A model generated the notes under the pieces. It was not told where the DNA came from. It did not search any database and worked only from the letters and a program-made list of their open reading frames with translations. The translations under genes were made by a program, and so were the position numbers. Below, piece after piece: positions 55,924-64,000 of a DNA stretch of 64,000 nt (within the stretch, counting starts at the first letter, position 1; every line of letters starts with the position of its first letter). This DNA comes from an uncultured Verrucomicrobiota bacterium (GTDB lineage Bacteria > Verrucomicrobiota > Verrucomicrobiia > Opitutales > Opitutaceae): positions 7,909-71,908 of the forward strand of contig CAJCBL010000023.1 in assembly GCA_903960515.1 (NCBI GenBank), read 5' to 3'.

Positions 55924-57519
55924 TCAGTGTTTAAGTTGTTTGACGGCGATGAGCTCGCGCACGACCTGGCGGTCGTCGAACGGGATCACAGTGTCGGCGA
56001 ATTCCTGGAAGGTTTCATGGCCCTTGCCGGCGATCAGCAGCGAGTCGCCCGGCCGGGCGGCGTCGAGGGCCACGGAGATGGCGCGGCGGCGGTCCTCGAT
56101 GAAGGTGATCTTGTCCTCGGCGGTGACGCCGGTGCGCATGTCGGCAAAGATCTGTGACAGGGCCTCGGCGCGCGGGTTGTCGGCGGTGGCCCAGGCGAAG
56201 TCGGCCACCTCCTGCACGGCGGCGGTCATCAGGGGTCGCTTGGAGCGGTCGCGGTTGCCCCCGCAGCCGAAGACTACCAGCAGGCGTCCCGGGGTGATGG
56301 CGCGCAGCATGCCCAGGGCGTTGCGCAGGGCGTCGTCGGTGTGTGCGTAGTCAACCAAGACATTGAAGGACTGCCCGGCCTCAATGCGTTCCATGCGGCC
56401 AGCTGGCGCGCGGAAGGCGACCAGGGCGGCGGCGGCCTCGGCGAGGTTGCCGCCCATGGCGTGCAGCGTGGCGAAGGCGGCGAGCAGATTGCTGACGTTG
56501 TAGCGGCCGATGAGCGGGCTCACGACTGCGAGCGAGCCGCCGGGGTAGACCAGGCGGAAGGCGGTGCCCTTGAACCCGAGCGCGATGGCCTCGGCGCGCA
56601 CCTGCGCCTCCGGGCTCTCTCCGTAGGTGACCAGTTGCACTCCCGCCGGTGTCTCCTCCGCGAGGCGACGGCCGTAGGCGTCGTCGAGGTTGATCACGGC
56701 GAGCTTGGGCATCGCGCCCACGCCGCCGCTGAACAGCCGCGCCTTCACGGCGAAGTAGTTCTCGATGGTCCCGTGGTAGTCGAGGTGGTCGCGGGTAAGA
56801 TTGGTGAATACGGCTACCGAGAAGGCCATTCCCTGGACACGCTTCTGGTCGATGCCGTGGGAACTCACCTCCATGACCGCCTCGGCGCAGCCTGCGGTGC
56901 GCATCTGGGCGAGCATGCCATAGATGTCGAGGGACTCGGGGGTGGTCTTGAACGACGGCACGGTGCGCTGGCCCAGGTCGTAGCTAACGGTGCCCAACAT
57001 TCCGACACGCCGGGTGCCGCCCGCCGACAGGAAATGCCTGAGCAGGTGGGCAACGGTGGTCTTGCCGTTGGTGCCGGTGATGCCCACCACGCGCAGGTCG
57101 GCATCGGGAGCGCGGTAATAGCGGCGCGCCACCAGCGCCAGTGAGGCGCGGGCATCGGCGACCTGGATAAAGGTGACCTTCGAGTGGGCGAGGGCCGGCA
57201 GGGTGGTGGCCACCACCGCCACGGCCCCGCGCTGAATGGCCTCGTCGATGAACCGCGCGCCGTCGGAGCGCAGTCCGGGCAGGGCGTAGAACAGGTTGCC
57301 CGGGGCCACGCGCCGGCTGTCCATCACGATGCCCGAGATCGGGCGATCCAGCGTGCCGCGGACGGCCAGCGTCTCGCCGGCGGGGAAGAGTTCGGAAAGT
57401 TTCACGGCGGATTTGAAGATTCGGGCAGAGGACAAGGCACCGCCGCCGGCACCACCGCGGATACGGTGGGTGCGGAAGGCCTGCACCAGCTCATGATTAT
57501 GGGTGAGATAGCCGATCAT
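55924..57519 (-). CDS. murE: UDP-N-acetylmuramoyl-L-alanyl-D-glutamate--2,6-diaminopimelate ligase
   Basis: Internal ATG 57519 overlaps the ftsI stop (ATGA). [25 protein letters not shown] and VDYAHT. Confidence 0.9.
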   Translation of the reverse strand: MIGYLTHNHELVQAFRTHRIRGGAGGGALSSARIFKSAVKLSELFPAGETLAVRGTLDRPISGIVMDSRRVAPGNLFYALPGLRSDGARFIDEAIQRGAVAVVATTLPALAHSKVTFIQVADARASLALVARRYYRAPDADLRVVGITGTNGKTTVAHLLRHFLSAGGTRRVGMLGTVSYDLGQRTVPSFKTTPESLDIYGMLAQMRTAGCAEAVMEVSSHGIDQKRVQGMAFSVAVFTNLTRDHLDYHGTIENYFAVKARLFSGGVGAMPKLAVINLDDAYGRRLAEETPAGVQLVTYGESPEAQVRAEAIALGFKGTAFRLVYPGGSLAVVSPLIGRYNVSNLLAAFATLHAMGGNLAEAAAALVAFRAPAGRMERIEAGQSFNVLVDYAHTDDALRNALGMLRAITPGRLLVVFGCGGNRDRSKRPLMTAAVQEVADFAWATADNPRAEALSQIFADMRTGVTAEDKITFIEDRRRAISVALDAARPGDSLLIAGKGHETFQEFADTVIPFDDRQVVRELIAVKQLKH

Positions 57520-59330
57520 CGGGCGAGAGAGGTCATGGCAACCACCGGGCGCGGCGCAGGTGCGTCTGCAGGCTGGATACCGAGATAGGGAATGAGCTGC
57601 TCGCCGATGCGCTTGAACGACGGAGCTGCCACGGTGCCGCCATAGGCGATGCCGCCGGTGGGCAGCTTGCCGTCGTTGACCACGACGGTGATCTGCACCT
57701 GGGGGCGGTTGGCGGGAAAGAAGCCGACGAAGGAGCCTATGTGATGCTTCTCCGAGTACCGGCCTCCGATGATCTTCTGGGTGGTGCCGGTCTTGCCGGC
57801 CACCTGGTAGCCGTCGATGGCGGCGGCCTTGCCGGTGCCCTCGGCGCTGGCAGCCTCCACAAGCAGTCCGGCCATGGTGGTGGCGGTCTGGCGGGTGATC
57901 ACCCGGCGGCGCGGCAGCGGCTCGAGGGCGGCAACCTGGCGGCCGAGATTGTCGCGGATCTCGCGGATGACCCAGGGGCGCACAAGCACGCCGCCGCTGG
58001 CGATCACGCCCATGGCGGAATGCACCTGCATGGGGGTGGCGGATATGGAGTGGCCCATGGGCAGGCGGGTGATGGTGAGCCCGTCCCATTTCGACACAGG
58101 ATGGAGCACCCCGGTAACCTCGCCGCCGAGCGGATAGCCGGTTTCAGCCCCGAACCCGAAGGCCTGCGCGTAGTCATGGAGCCGATCGGCCCCGAGCAGC
58201 ATGCCCAGATGGGCGGCGCCGCGATTGGAGGATTTGCCCACGATCTCGGCCACGGTGAGCCGACCATACGGATGGGTGTCGCGGGGGAGCGAGCGGGGTT
58301 TGCCCTGGTAATCGATACTGGAGACGCTGCAGTCGAACACGCTCCGGGGAGTGACCAAGCCCTCGTTGAGCGCACCCGAGGCGGCAACGATCTTGAAGGT
58401 CGAGCCCGGTTCATAGACGTCGGTGACGGCAATGTTGCGCTGGGCCTCCAGCGGGGCGGTATTGAAATGGTTCAGATCGAAGGTGGGCCAGTTGGCCAGC
58501 GCCAGGATCGCCCCGGTGGCCGGATCGCTGACGATGATGGTCGCGCTCTCGGGCTGGTACTTCTTGGCGATGGCCTCCACCTCGGCCTCTACGATGTGCT
58601 GCACAAACATGTCGAGGGTGAGCACCACGTCGTAGCCGTCGGTGGCGGGGATCTCGCGGCTGCGGAACTGCGCCAGCTCGCGCCGGCGGCCGTCGCGCTC
58701 GGACTCGCGCCAGCCGGACTGCCCGCGCAGGTAGAAGTCGAGGTGGCGCTCGATGCCGGTCACCGGGGTATCCTCCTTGTTAATATAACCGAGGATATGG
58801 GCTGCCAGCCCGCCGCCGGGGTAGACCCGCCGGTAGTGGCGCACGCCGTAGATGCCCTTAATACCCAGGGTCTGGATGCGCTCGTAGGCCGACTCCTCCA
58901 GCTCCTCGCTCAGCTTCACCCAGCGCACGGGGCGGCCCTGGCCGGCAGCATCGACTCCCTCGCCGGCCGCCTCCTGCGGAGTGGCAAAGCGGCGCCGCAG
59001 CATCGGCTCGAGTTGATAGAGCGGCATGCCCAGCTCGCGGGCGAGCTCGGGCCACTTGCGCTCATCCTCCTTGCGCAGGTCCTGAGGGTCGGCCGCCAAC
59101 TCGATGAGGTTGCGGCTGGTGGCCAGCCGGTTGCCGCGCACGTCGAGGATGTCGCCACGGCGGGCGAGTTCTACGGTCGTCTGCTTGCGCGCCTTGTCGA
59201 GGAAAGATATATACGTATCGCGCTCCAGCCAATGCAGCCACACCAGGCGGGTGCCCAAGGCGGCAAAGCAGGCGAAGATCGCGCCACTGAGCACGACCAA
59301 ACGGGCATTGGAGGCGAAACCTTTTCGCAT
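57516..59330 (-). CDS. ftsI: peptidoglycan D,D-transpeptidase FtsI (class B PBP)
   Basis: TM anchor and PBP dimer domain, plus the SxxK (STFK), SxN (SSN) and KTG (KTGT) motifs. Confidence 0.9.
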   Translation of the reverse strand: MRKGFASNARLVVLSGAIFACFAALGTRLVWLHWLERDTYISFLDKARKQTTVELARRGDILDVRGNRLATSRNLIELAADPQDLRKEDERKWPELARELGMPLYQLEPMLRRRFATPQEAAGEGVDAAGQGRPVRWVKLSEELEESAYERIQTLGIKGIYGVRHYRRVYPGGGLAAHILGYINKEDTPVTGIERHLDFYLRGQSGWRESERDGRRRELAQFRSREIPATDGYDVVLTLDMFVQHIVEAEVEAIAKKYQPESATIIVSDPATGAILALANWPTFDLNHFNTAPLEAQRNIAVTDVYEPGSTFKIVAASGALNEGLVTPRSVFDCSVSSIDYQGKPRSLPRDTHPYGRLTVAEIVGKSSNRGAAHLGMLLGADRLHDYAQAFGFGAETGYPLGGEVTGVLHPVSKWDGLTITRLPMGHSISATPMQVHSAMGVIASGGVLVRPWVIREIRDNLGRQVAALEPLPRRRVITRQTATTMAGLLVEAASAEGTGKAAAIDGYQVAGKTGTTQKIIGGRYSEKHHIGSFVGFFPANRPQVQITVVVNDGKLPTGGIAYGGTVAAPSFKRIGEQLIPYLGIQPADAPAPRPVVAMTSLAR

Positions 59331-59333
59331 CGC

Positions 59334-59729
59334 TCAGCGGGGGGTCGAGAGCGGGAAGGAGGTGGAGATGAAGGCGGTGGTGAAGCGGTCGGAGTTGCGC
59401 TTGGCAGCCAGGCGCACCTCCACGGCATCCACAACGCTCACGATCTGGTGCTCGCGGGGCATCTCAAGGCCCAGGCGAAGCGTCGAATTCTGGCCCAGCA
59501 GCACCTCGGGGTTGAGCGCCCCGGCGATCTCGGCGTTGGCCTCGGCGGTGCGCCGCTGCACCTCGAGAATGCGCGTCTGTAGCTGCTTATTGGACTCCGC
59601 CACCTCCGAGATCTGGTGACGCAACCAGACGGTCGCCAGTCCGATGGAGCCGGCGAAGGCGAGCAGAAGCAGGATGGCGAGGAAAAGCCGGTTGACCGGC
59701 GAAGCGGCGGGTGTGGTTGAGCGCTTCAT
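59334..59729 (-). CDS. FtsL-like cell division protein
   Basis: Internal ATG 59729 overlaps the rsmH stop (ATGA). 131 aa with a single TM ([22 protein letters not shown]) followed by a coiled coil. The call rests on the canonical position between rsmH and ftsI. Confidence 0.6.
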   Translation of the reverse strand: MKRSTTPAASPVNRLFLAILLLLAFAGSIGLATVWLRHQISEVAESNKQLQTRILEVQRRTAEANAEIAGALNPEVLLGQNSTLRLGLEMPREHQIVSVVDAVEVRLAAKRNSDRFTTAFISTSFPLSTPR

Positions 59730-60667
59730 AGAAGGGAGGAGGTGGCGGGAAGTTTGCGCAGAGCCCGCAGCCGTGCGGAACGGCTGCGCGGGTTTTGGGC
59801 GGTCTCGGTATCGGTAGGGCCCACGGGGCGGCGGGTGAGCAACTCGGCCAGGCACAGCCGGTCCTGCTGGGCGCGCGAGTCGCTCTCCGACTCCGGCATG
59901 CCGGCCAGGCGCCGGAAGTACCGCTTCACAATGCGGTCCTCCAGCGAGTGGAAACTGATCACACAGAGCACCCCGCCCGCCGCGAGCTTGGCGAAGGCCG
60001 CCGGCAGCGCGCGCTCGATGGCGCCCAACTCGTCGTTGATGGCGATGCGGATACCCTGGAAGGCACGAGTGGCCGGATGGATCGCAGAGGTGCGCCGCAG
60101 CGCCGCAGGGATGGAAGCCGTGATGAGCTCGGAAAGCTGTTTGGTGGAGGCCAGCGCCCCGCTGCCGCGCGCCTCCATGATCGAGCGCACCACCCGGCGC
60201 CAGGATTTCTCTTCGCCGAAGTCGCGGATGGCGTGGACGAGATCGGCCTCCGGGGCGGTCTCTAGCCAGGCCGAGGCCGGCAACCCGGAGCGCGTATCCA
60301 TGCGCATGTCGGCCGGGGCGTCGTTGCGGAAGGAGAAGCCGCGGGCCACGTCGTCGAGCTGGAAGGAGGAGACGCCCAGGTCGAAGAGGATGCCGTCGAA
60401 GCCGGCCTCGGGCAGGGAGCCGAGTTCGGCAAAGTTGATCTCGCGCAGGGCGAAGCGACCGGGACAATTGGTCGCCACAACCTGGGCACGAGCGGCGGCC
60501 GCCGGGTCGCGGTCCAGGCCGATCACGGAGCAGCCCGGCGCAGCTTCCAGGATACCGCTGGTGTGCCCGCCGCCGCCGAAGGTGGCGTCGAGGTAGCGGC
60601 CGCCCGCGCGGGGGGCGAGCAGAGCGAGGACCTCGTCGAAAAGCACCGGTTTGTGGCCTGCAGACAT
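59726..60667 (-). CDS. rsmH: 16S rRNA (cytosine1402-N4)-methyltransferase
   Basis: [30 protein letters not shown] and [11 protein letters not shown]. Confidence 0.95.
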   Translation of the reverse strand: MSAGHKPVLFDEVLALLAPRAGGRYLDATFGGGGHTSGILEAAPGCSVIGLDRDPAAAARAQVVATNCPGRFALREINFAELGSLPEAGFDGILFDLGVSSFQLDDVARGFSFRNDAPADMRMDTRSGLPASAWLETAPEADLVHAIRDFGEEKSWRRVVRSIMEARGSGALASTKQLSELITASIPAALRRTSAIHPATRAFQGIRIAINDELGAIERALPAAFAKLAAGGVLCVISFHSLEDRIVKRYFRRLAGMPESESDSRAQQDRLCLAELLTRRPVGPTDTETAQNPRSRSARLRALRKLPATSSLL

Positions 60668-60688
60668 GGGAGGGAGTGCGCGGGGGCC

Positions 60689-61144
60689 TCAGAGGCCGAT
60701 GCGGCGCATCAGATCGCCGGGGTTCTCCCCGCTGGCGCGGGTCTGCATCTGGGCCAGGCGCTCGGGGCTCCAGATATTGAATTTGTTCATCGTGCCCACC
60801 AGCACCGCATCGCGATCGACGCCAGCGTGCTTGAGCAGTTCATCGGTGAGGTTCACGCGGCCCTGCTTGTCGCAGCCGAACGAATGCGCTTGGGCGAAGA
60901 ACCGGTTGAGGAACTCCTGGGCCTCGGTGTCGCTGAGGGCCTTCTCGGAAACCTTCTGGTAGAGCTTCTCCACCTCGGAGGGCGGGAGCACCGACACATA
61001 GCCACCCGGATTGGGCAAAGCCAGGTACACCTCGCCCGCTTCGTCGCCCGCGAAGCGCCAACGCGAAGGAATCGTGAGCCGATTCTTGGCGTCGAGCACA
61101 TGCCGGAACGAGCCGACATAGATGGGTTTGGAGGGAGGGACCAT
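60689..61144 (-). CDS. mraZ: division/cell wall cluster transcriptional regulator MraZ
   Basis: Internal ATG 61144. Duplicated SpoVT/AbrB-like halves carry DAKNRLTIPSRWR and DKQGRVNLTDEL. Confidence 0.9.
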   Translation of the reverse strand: MVPPSKPIYVGSFRHVLDAKNRLTIPSRWRFAGDEAGEVYLALPNPGGYVSVLPPSEVEKLYQKVSEKALSDTEAQEFLNRFFAQAHSFGCDKQGRVNLTDELLKHAGVDRDAVLVGTMNKFNIWSPERLAQMQTRASGENPGDLMRRIGL

Positions 61145-61170
61145 GGAAACGGGACGCCCAAAGCGGGTCG

Positions 61171-61206
61171 CCCCAAAGTGCCCCATTTCTCCCCACTTCG
61201 CCCCAC
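61171..61206 (-). promoter_or_regulatory. candidate MraZ operator: four direct (G/A/T)TGGGG boxes with exact 10-bp phasing
   Basis: The plus strand shows CCCCA at 61171, 61181, 61191 and 61201. On the mraZ strand these read GTGGGG-N4-GTGGGG-N4-ATGGGG-N4-TTGGGG, 27-62 nt upstream of the mraZ ATG. Confidence 0.55.
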
Positions 61207-61379
61207 CCGGTCAAGTAAACAACCACCCCAACCGACCAGAGGTTGTTCACATATTCACACCCCGAAAGTGCACTCCGCCCCGCCTAAACCTCCCCTCCCC
61301 AGAGCCAGGGCCAACTCTGGTAGAAGGCTCCAGCCCTCGCCGGCGTTTTGCTTCCGGTACAGGTAAATGCGCGGAGTCG

Positions 61380-61390
61380 CCCCCCCCCCC
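61380..61390. repeat. C11 homopolymer tract
   Basis: Eleven consecutive C at 61380-61390 in non-coding DNA upstream of mraZ. A second tract, C9, is at 62420-62428. Confidence 0.9.
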
Positions 61391-61500
61391 ACCGCTCCCA
61401 AGCAGAAGCAAGGCAAGCACGGCTGACCCGTGCCCCTGCCGCCCGATTGCAGGTTGCTACCTTGCGCCCGCACCGACTCGGCGGCAGCAGCGCTACTTAC

Positions 61501-61528
61501 CAGCGTTCTTCGCAGCGAAGAATGCGGG
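61501..61528 (+). repeat. 29-nt hairpin element, copy A
   Basis: CAGCG-TTCTTCGCAGCGAAGAA-TGCGGG. The reverse complement recurs at 62697-62725. Confidence 0.8.
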
Positions 61529-62569
61529 TCAATACCCTACGATCGGACTGATGCGTTACGGATAAGGAAATCGTGGCTCACGCCCCCACGGGATATCCAC
61601 AGCCACGTGCTCGCACGCTATTGCGAACGAGGAAGGCGGGCCGGCACGCTAACACGACCGCTCGGCGAAGCGCTCCCAAACCCAAAGGTAAAGCCAGCAC
61701 CAAGGAGCGATCCGCAGTTTGTTCCCGCCTGGGGTGAAATACGTATTGCGGGCCGCCATTTTCCGGCCTCCGGCCCGGGAAGCTCGGGGAGTGCACCACG
61801 CCACCTGCGGTATCGAAATAGAGCAGATGCCACCAAAGCCGGAAGCCCGCACACAGCGCCCGCCGAGTTGCACTACCCACCTACTGCCCATGTTCGATGG
61901 TGCCGGCCCCCGTTTGCAGACCTCTGCGTTTTCCCGCCGAAGCCAAAAGCATGGGCGATGGCATAAATAGTATCCCGCGGGGCCTTCGCATGCCCGTTTG
62001 CCGAAACCATGCAGGCGCGTGCTGGCTGGTCCGCTGGCTTGAGGGCGCGCGAAGCCTCACCTGGTATCCAAACCGCTACCGATAGTATGCACCCCAATAG
62101 ATGCACCCCACTGCCTTCGCCCCCGCCGCTTTGAATACCGTCACCGACTCCCTCACGCTCTCCGCCACATCCAGCATAGCCCTCAGTGGCCCCGCCACGA
62201 TCTCTAGCGAAGAATGATGGTCGCCCCTATTTGAGCCGTCTCGCCATGAATCCACGCCATGTAATCTTCCGCAGTGCCAGCGGGCTGGGCGGCTACGACC
62301 GGATGATCCCCAAATGGCAGATAGCCTTCTGGCCCGCCGCTGCCTTTGCAATCGGGGCAACCAAGGGACAAACGTGGCGGCCGGATTCGCTCCGCTTTGG
62401 TACGAACAGGCTGCAACCGCCCCCCCCCAAACAGAAGGCCCGTGTGGATATGTTGAACATGCCCGAAAAGCCGACACTGGATAGCGATCTGCCAGGTCTC
62501 AAAGAGCGGATCGCGTCCCTTCCGCCGCTGGCTAGTGCCACTTGAGTTCTGGGTTCATCATTCGGGGCT

Positions 62570-62650
62570 CTGCGTTAGCGAAGCGCCGCGGCGGCCCTAC
62601 CCCACTTCCTGCGGCTAGGGATCTATTCTTAGCCGTAGCCATGCAGTCCG
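62570..62650 (+). repeat. ~80-90-bp direct repeat, unit 1
   Basis: TCTGCGTTAGCGAAGCGCCGCGGCGGCCCTACCCCACTTCC...CTTAGCCGTAGCC. A second unit at 63107-63200 has roughly 70% identity by eye. Confidence 0.6.
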
Positions 62651-62696
62651 ATGGCATTATCACTGTTCTCCACCGAAGCAGGTGTAGGGTCGTCGC

Positions 62697-62725
62697 CCCG
62701 CAATCTTCGCAGCGAAGAACGCTGG
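62697..62725 (-). repeat. 29-nt hairpin element, copy B (inverted)
   Basis: CCCGCA-ATCTTCGCAGCGAAGAA-CGCTGG, the reverse complement of copy A with 2 substitutions. Confidence 0.8.
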
Positions 62726-63106
62726 CACAAAGCACCGTCTGTGATCTAACCGGTACGGACACAAAGTCCGCCCCTACAATCGGTCTGCATGGGCACGGCT
62801 CATTCGCGCTCAAGAAGAGACCAACTCCCCGCCCGTGCAGGAGCGTGGTCGCACGCGACAGGTCCCCATGTTGAAAGCGAACGGGAACCAGAACCACTGG
62901 GGTGGCCAATCGCATGGTTAAAGCTAAGCCGTAACCATGCAGTCCCCATTGTACGGCCACACCTTGCTTCAGCACCGTCTCGACGTGAGCGGTTGCGGCG
63001 GGCCTAACGAAGAATGAAGAGTGCAGATTGCAGAGTGCGAAGCCCGGAAGCATTCCCGCTACTCGCTCTCACTACTTCTGTTTGCTTCCGACGTGCTTCC
63101 CCTGGT

Positions 63107-63200
63107 CTTTGCGTTAGCGAGGTGCCGTAGGGGCACTACACCACCTCCGGTAGAGAAAAAGACACCACGATAACGCCGCTGAGCCGCAGGTTCACGGCTT
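63107..63200 (+). repeat. ~80-90-bp direct repeat, unit 2
   Basis: TCTTTGCGTTAGCGAGGTGCCGTAGGGGCACTACACCACCTCC...GGCTTAGCCGCACC. Confidence 0.6.
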
Positions 63201-63294
63201 AGCCGCACCGAAAAGACTGGCGGCACCACGAAAAATATCGTCTCGGCCGTAAATAGGAGTTGCGCCGCCGCTTTAGTGCCCCTAACTAATTCGC

Positions 63295-63765
63295 ATGGCC
63301 CAAGATACCATCAAGCAAATCGCAGAATATAAATCCCGGCTCGCCTCCCTCGAGCGCGACCTGTTCGCCCAACTCGCCCGCCTACCGGCGGATTACGGCT
63401 TCGCTACGGCGGAGGAATTCATCGTCGCCTTCAACAAAGCGAAGGGCACCAAGCCCGCCCCCAAGGCTGCCAAGGCTGGCAAGGCCGCTAAGGCTGCCAA
63501 GGCCCCGAAGGCCCCGAAGGAGCCCAAGGCTGGCCGCAAGGCTCGCGTCACTATCACCCCGGAAATCATTGCCCAAGTGAAGTCTCTCACCGAGGCTGGC
63601 AAGACCGGTAAGGAGATCGCCAAGGCAACCAGCATTTCGGTGCCGACGGTGCAGAATATCAAGAAGAAGCTCGGACTGGTCAGCGCCCCGGTTGCCACCG
63701 AAGTGGCCGCCCCGGCCCCGGTCGCGACCGAAGCGGTCGCCACCGATTCCGCTCCCGCCGTCTAA
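63295..63765 (+). CDS. putative nucleoid-associated protein: N-terminal coiled coil, Lys/Ala/Pro (H1-like) linker, C-terminal HTH
   Basis: ATG 63295. IKQIAEYKSRLASLERDLFAQL, then KPAPKAAKAGKAAKAAKAPKAPKEPKAGRKA, then an HTH-like segment GKTGKEIAKATSISVPTVQNIKKKLGL. A clean terminator follows. Confidence 0.65.
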   Translation: MAQDTIKQIAEYKSRLASLERDLFAQLARLPADYGFATAEEFIVAFNKAKGTKPAPKAAKAGKAAKAAKAPKAPKEPKAGRKARVTITPEIIAQVKSLTEAGKTGKEIAKATSISVPTVQNIKKKLGLVSAPVATEVAAPAPVATEAVATDSAPAV

Positions 63766-63784
63766 GATATCAACGGTTCTTTTC

Positions 63785-63822
63785 GGCGCGCCCTTCGCTA
63801 TACGCGAGAGCGCGCCTTTTTT
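63785..63822 (+). terminator. intrinsic terminator
   Basis: GGCGCGCCCTTCGC, loop TATAC, then GCGAGAGCGCGCC, followed by TTTTTT (63817-63822). Confidence 0.75.
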
Positions 63823-64000
63823 GCGTCTAGAGGTGCCGCTTGCTCCGCCTGTTCACCACTGCGGTCGCAGCGTTCACGCCGGGCGCCAGGGCCACCTCTA
63901 CGACAGCAAATACTGGGAGGCGCGACCAGTGCCAGCGCACTTCCGCAAGAGGCCTTGGCGCATGCAAGCATTCGCCAGCAAGGGGCTAGGCAACGGTCTG

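Noticed and set aside
62076-62541. Minus-strand ORFs of 70-133 aa, one with a CPDCKGSGG zinc-finger-like motif, considered as a real gene.
   Set aside because: The frames switch within 450 nt, codon bias is weak, and there is no continuous domain. At best this is a decayed pseudogene, so it is mentioned only within the repeat-rich-region finding.

Overview
GC-rich bacterial chromosomal window. Gene content (Kdo/LPS genes, a complete dcw cluster with FtsZ, a MurC-MurB fusion) suggests a Gram-negative organism, possibly PVC/Verrucomicrobiota-like; that placement is inference only. I support about 55 protein genes and found no rRNA, tRNA, CRISPR array, transposase or integrase. Left to right the window holds two SPFH genes, carA, an orphan MCP, a TonB-C protein, kdsB, ptsH, a stand-alone AEP-primase/SF2-helicase gene, an NMO-family oxidoreductase, hprK, an MTAP-like phosphorylase, a TPMT-like methyltransferase and clpP. 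These are followed by a DUF374 acyltransferase, two tandem response regulators, radC, the dnaG-rpoD operon, a flavoprotein, thiE, a four-gene TolC/MFP/FtsX-permease/ABC-ATPase efflux operon and hemY. Next come a three-gene membrane/coiled-coil/glycosyltransferase operon and a 19-kb minus-strand dcw cluster. Its order is mraZ-rsmH-ftsL-ftsI-murE-murF-mraY-murD-LysM-ftsW-murG-murC::murB-ddl-ftsQ-ftsA-ftsZ, followed by a GT-C-like membrane protein. The most interesting signals are as follows. (1) The primase-helicase fusion at 8296-10782 looks like a single-gene conflict/defence module, and it is bracketed by two inverted copies of a composite palindromic repeat. (2) That repeat family (about 51-nt hairpin core plus flanking modules) has five full copies plus fragments in intergenic regions. 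(3) There are several unexplained regulatory-looking arrays: four 24-bp direct repeats at 32997-33216, a CCGTT/AACGG box array at 34835-35035, and four 10-bp-phased TGGGG boxes upstream of mraZ. (4) An orphan intrinsic terminator at 18798-18859 suggests an sRNA or leader. (5) A gene-free, repeat-rich 2.1-kb region lies upstream of mraZ, next to an H-NS/H1-like protein gene. Many long ORFs in the supplied track are antisense shadow ORFs typical of high-GC DNA and were rejected. Start codons were checked by eye and several are GTG/TTG or internal to the listed ORF.
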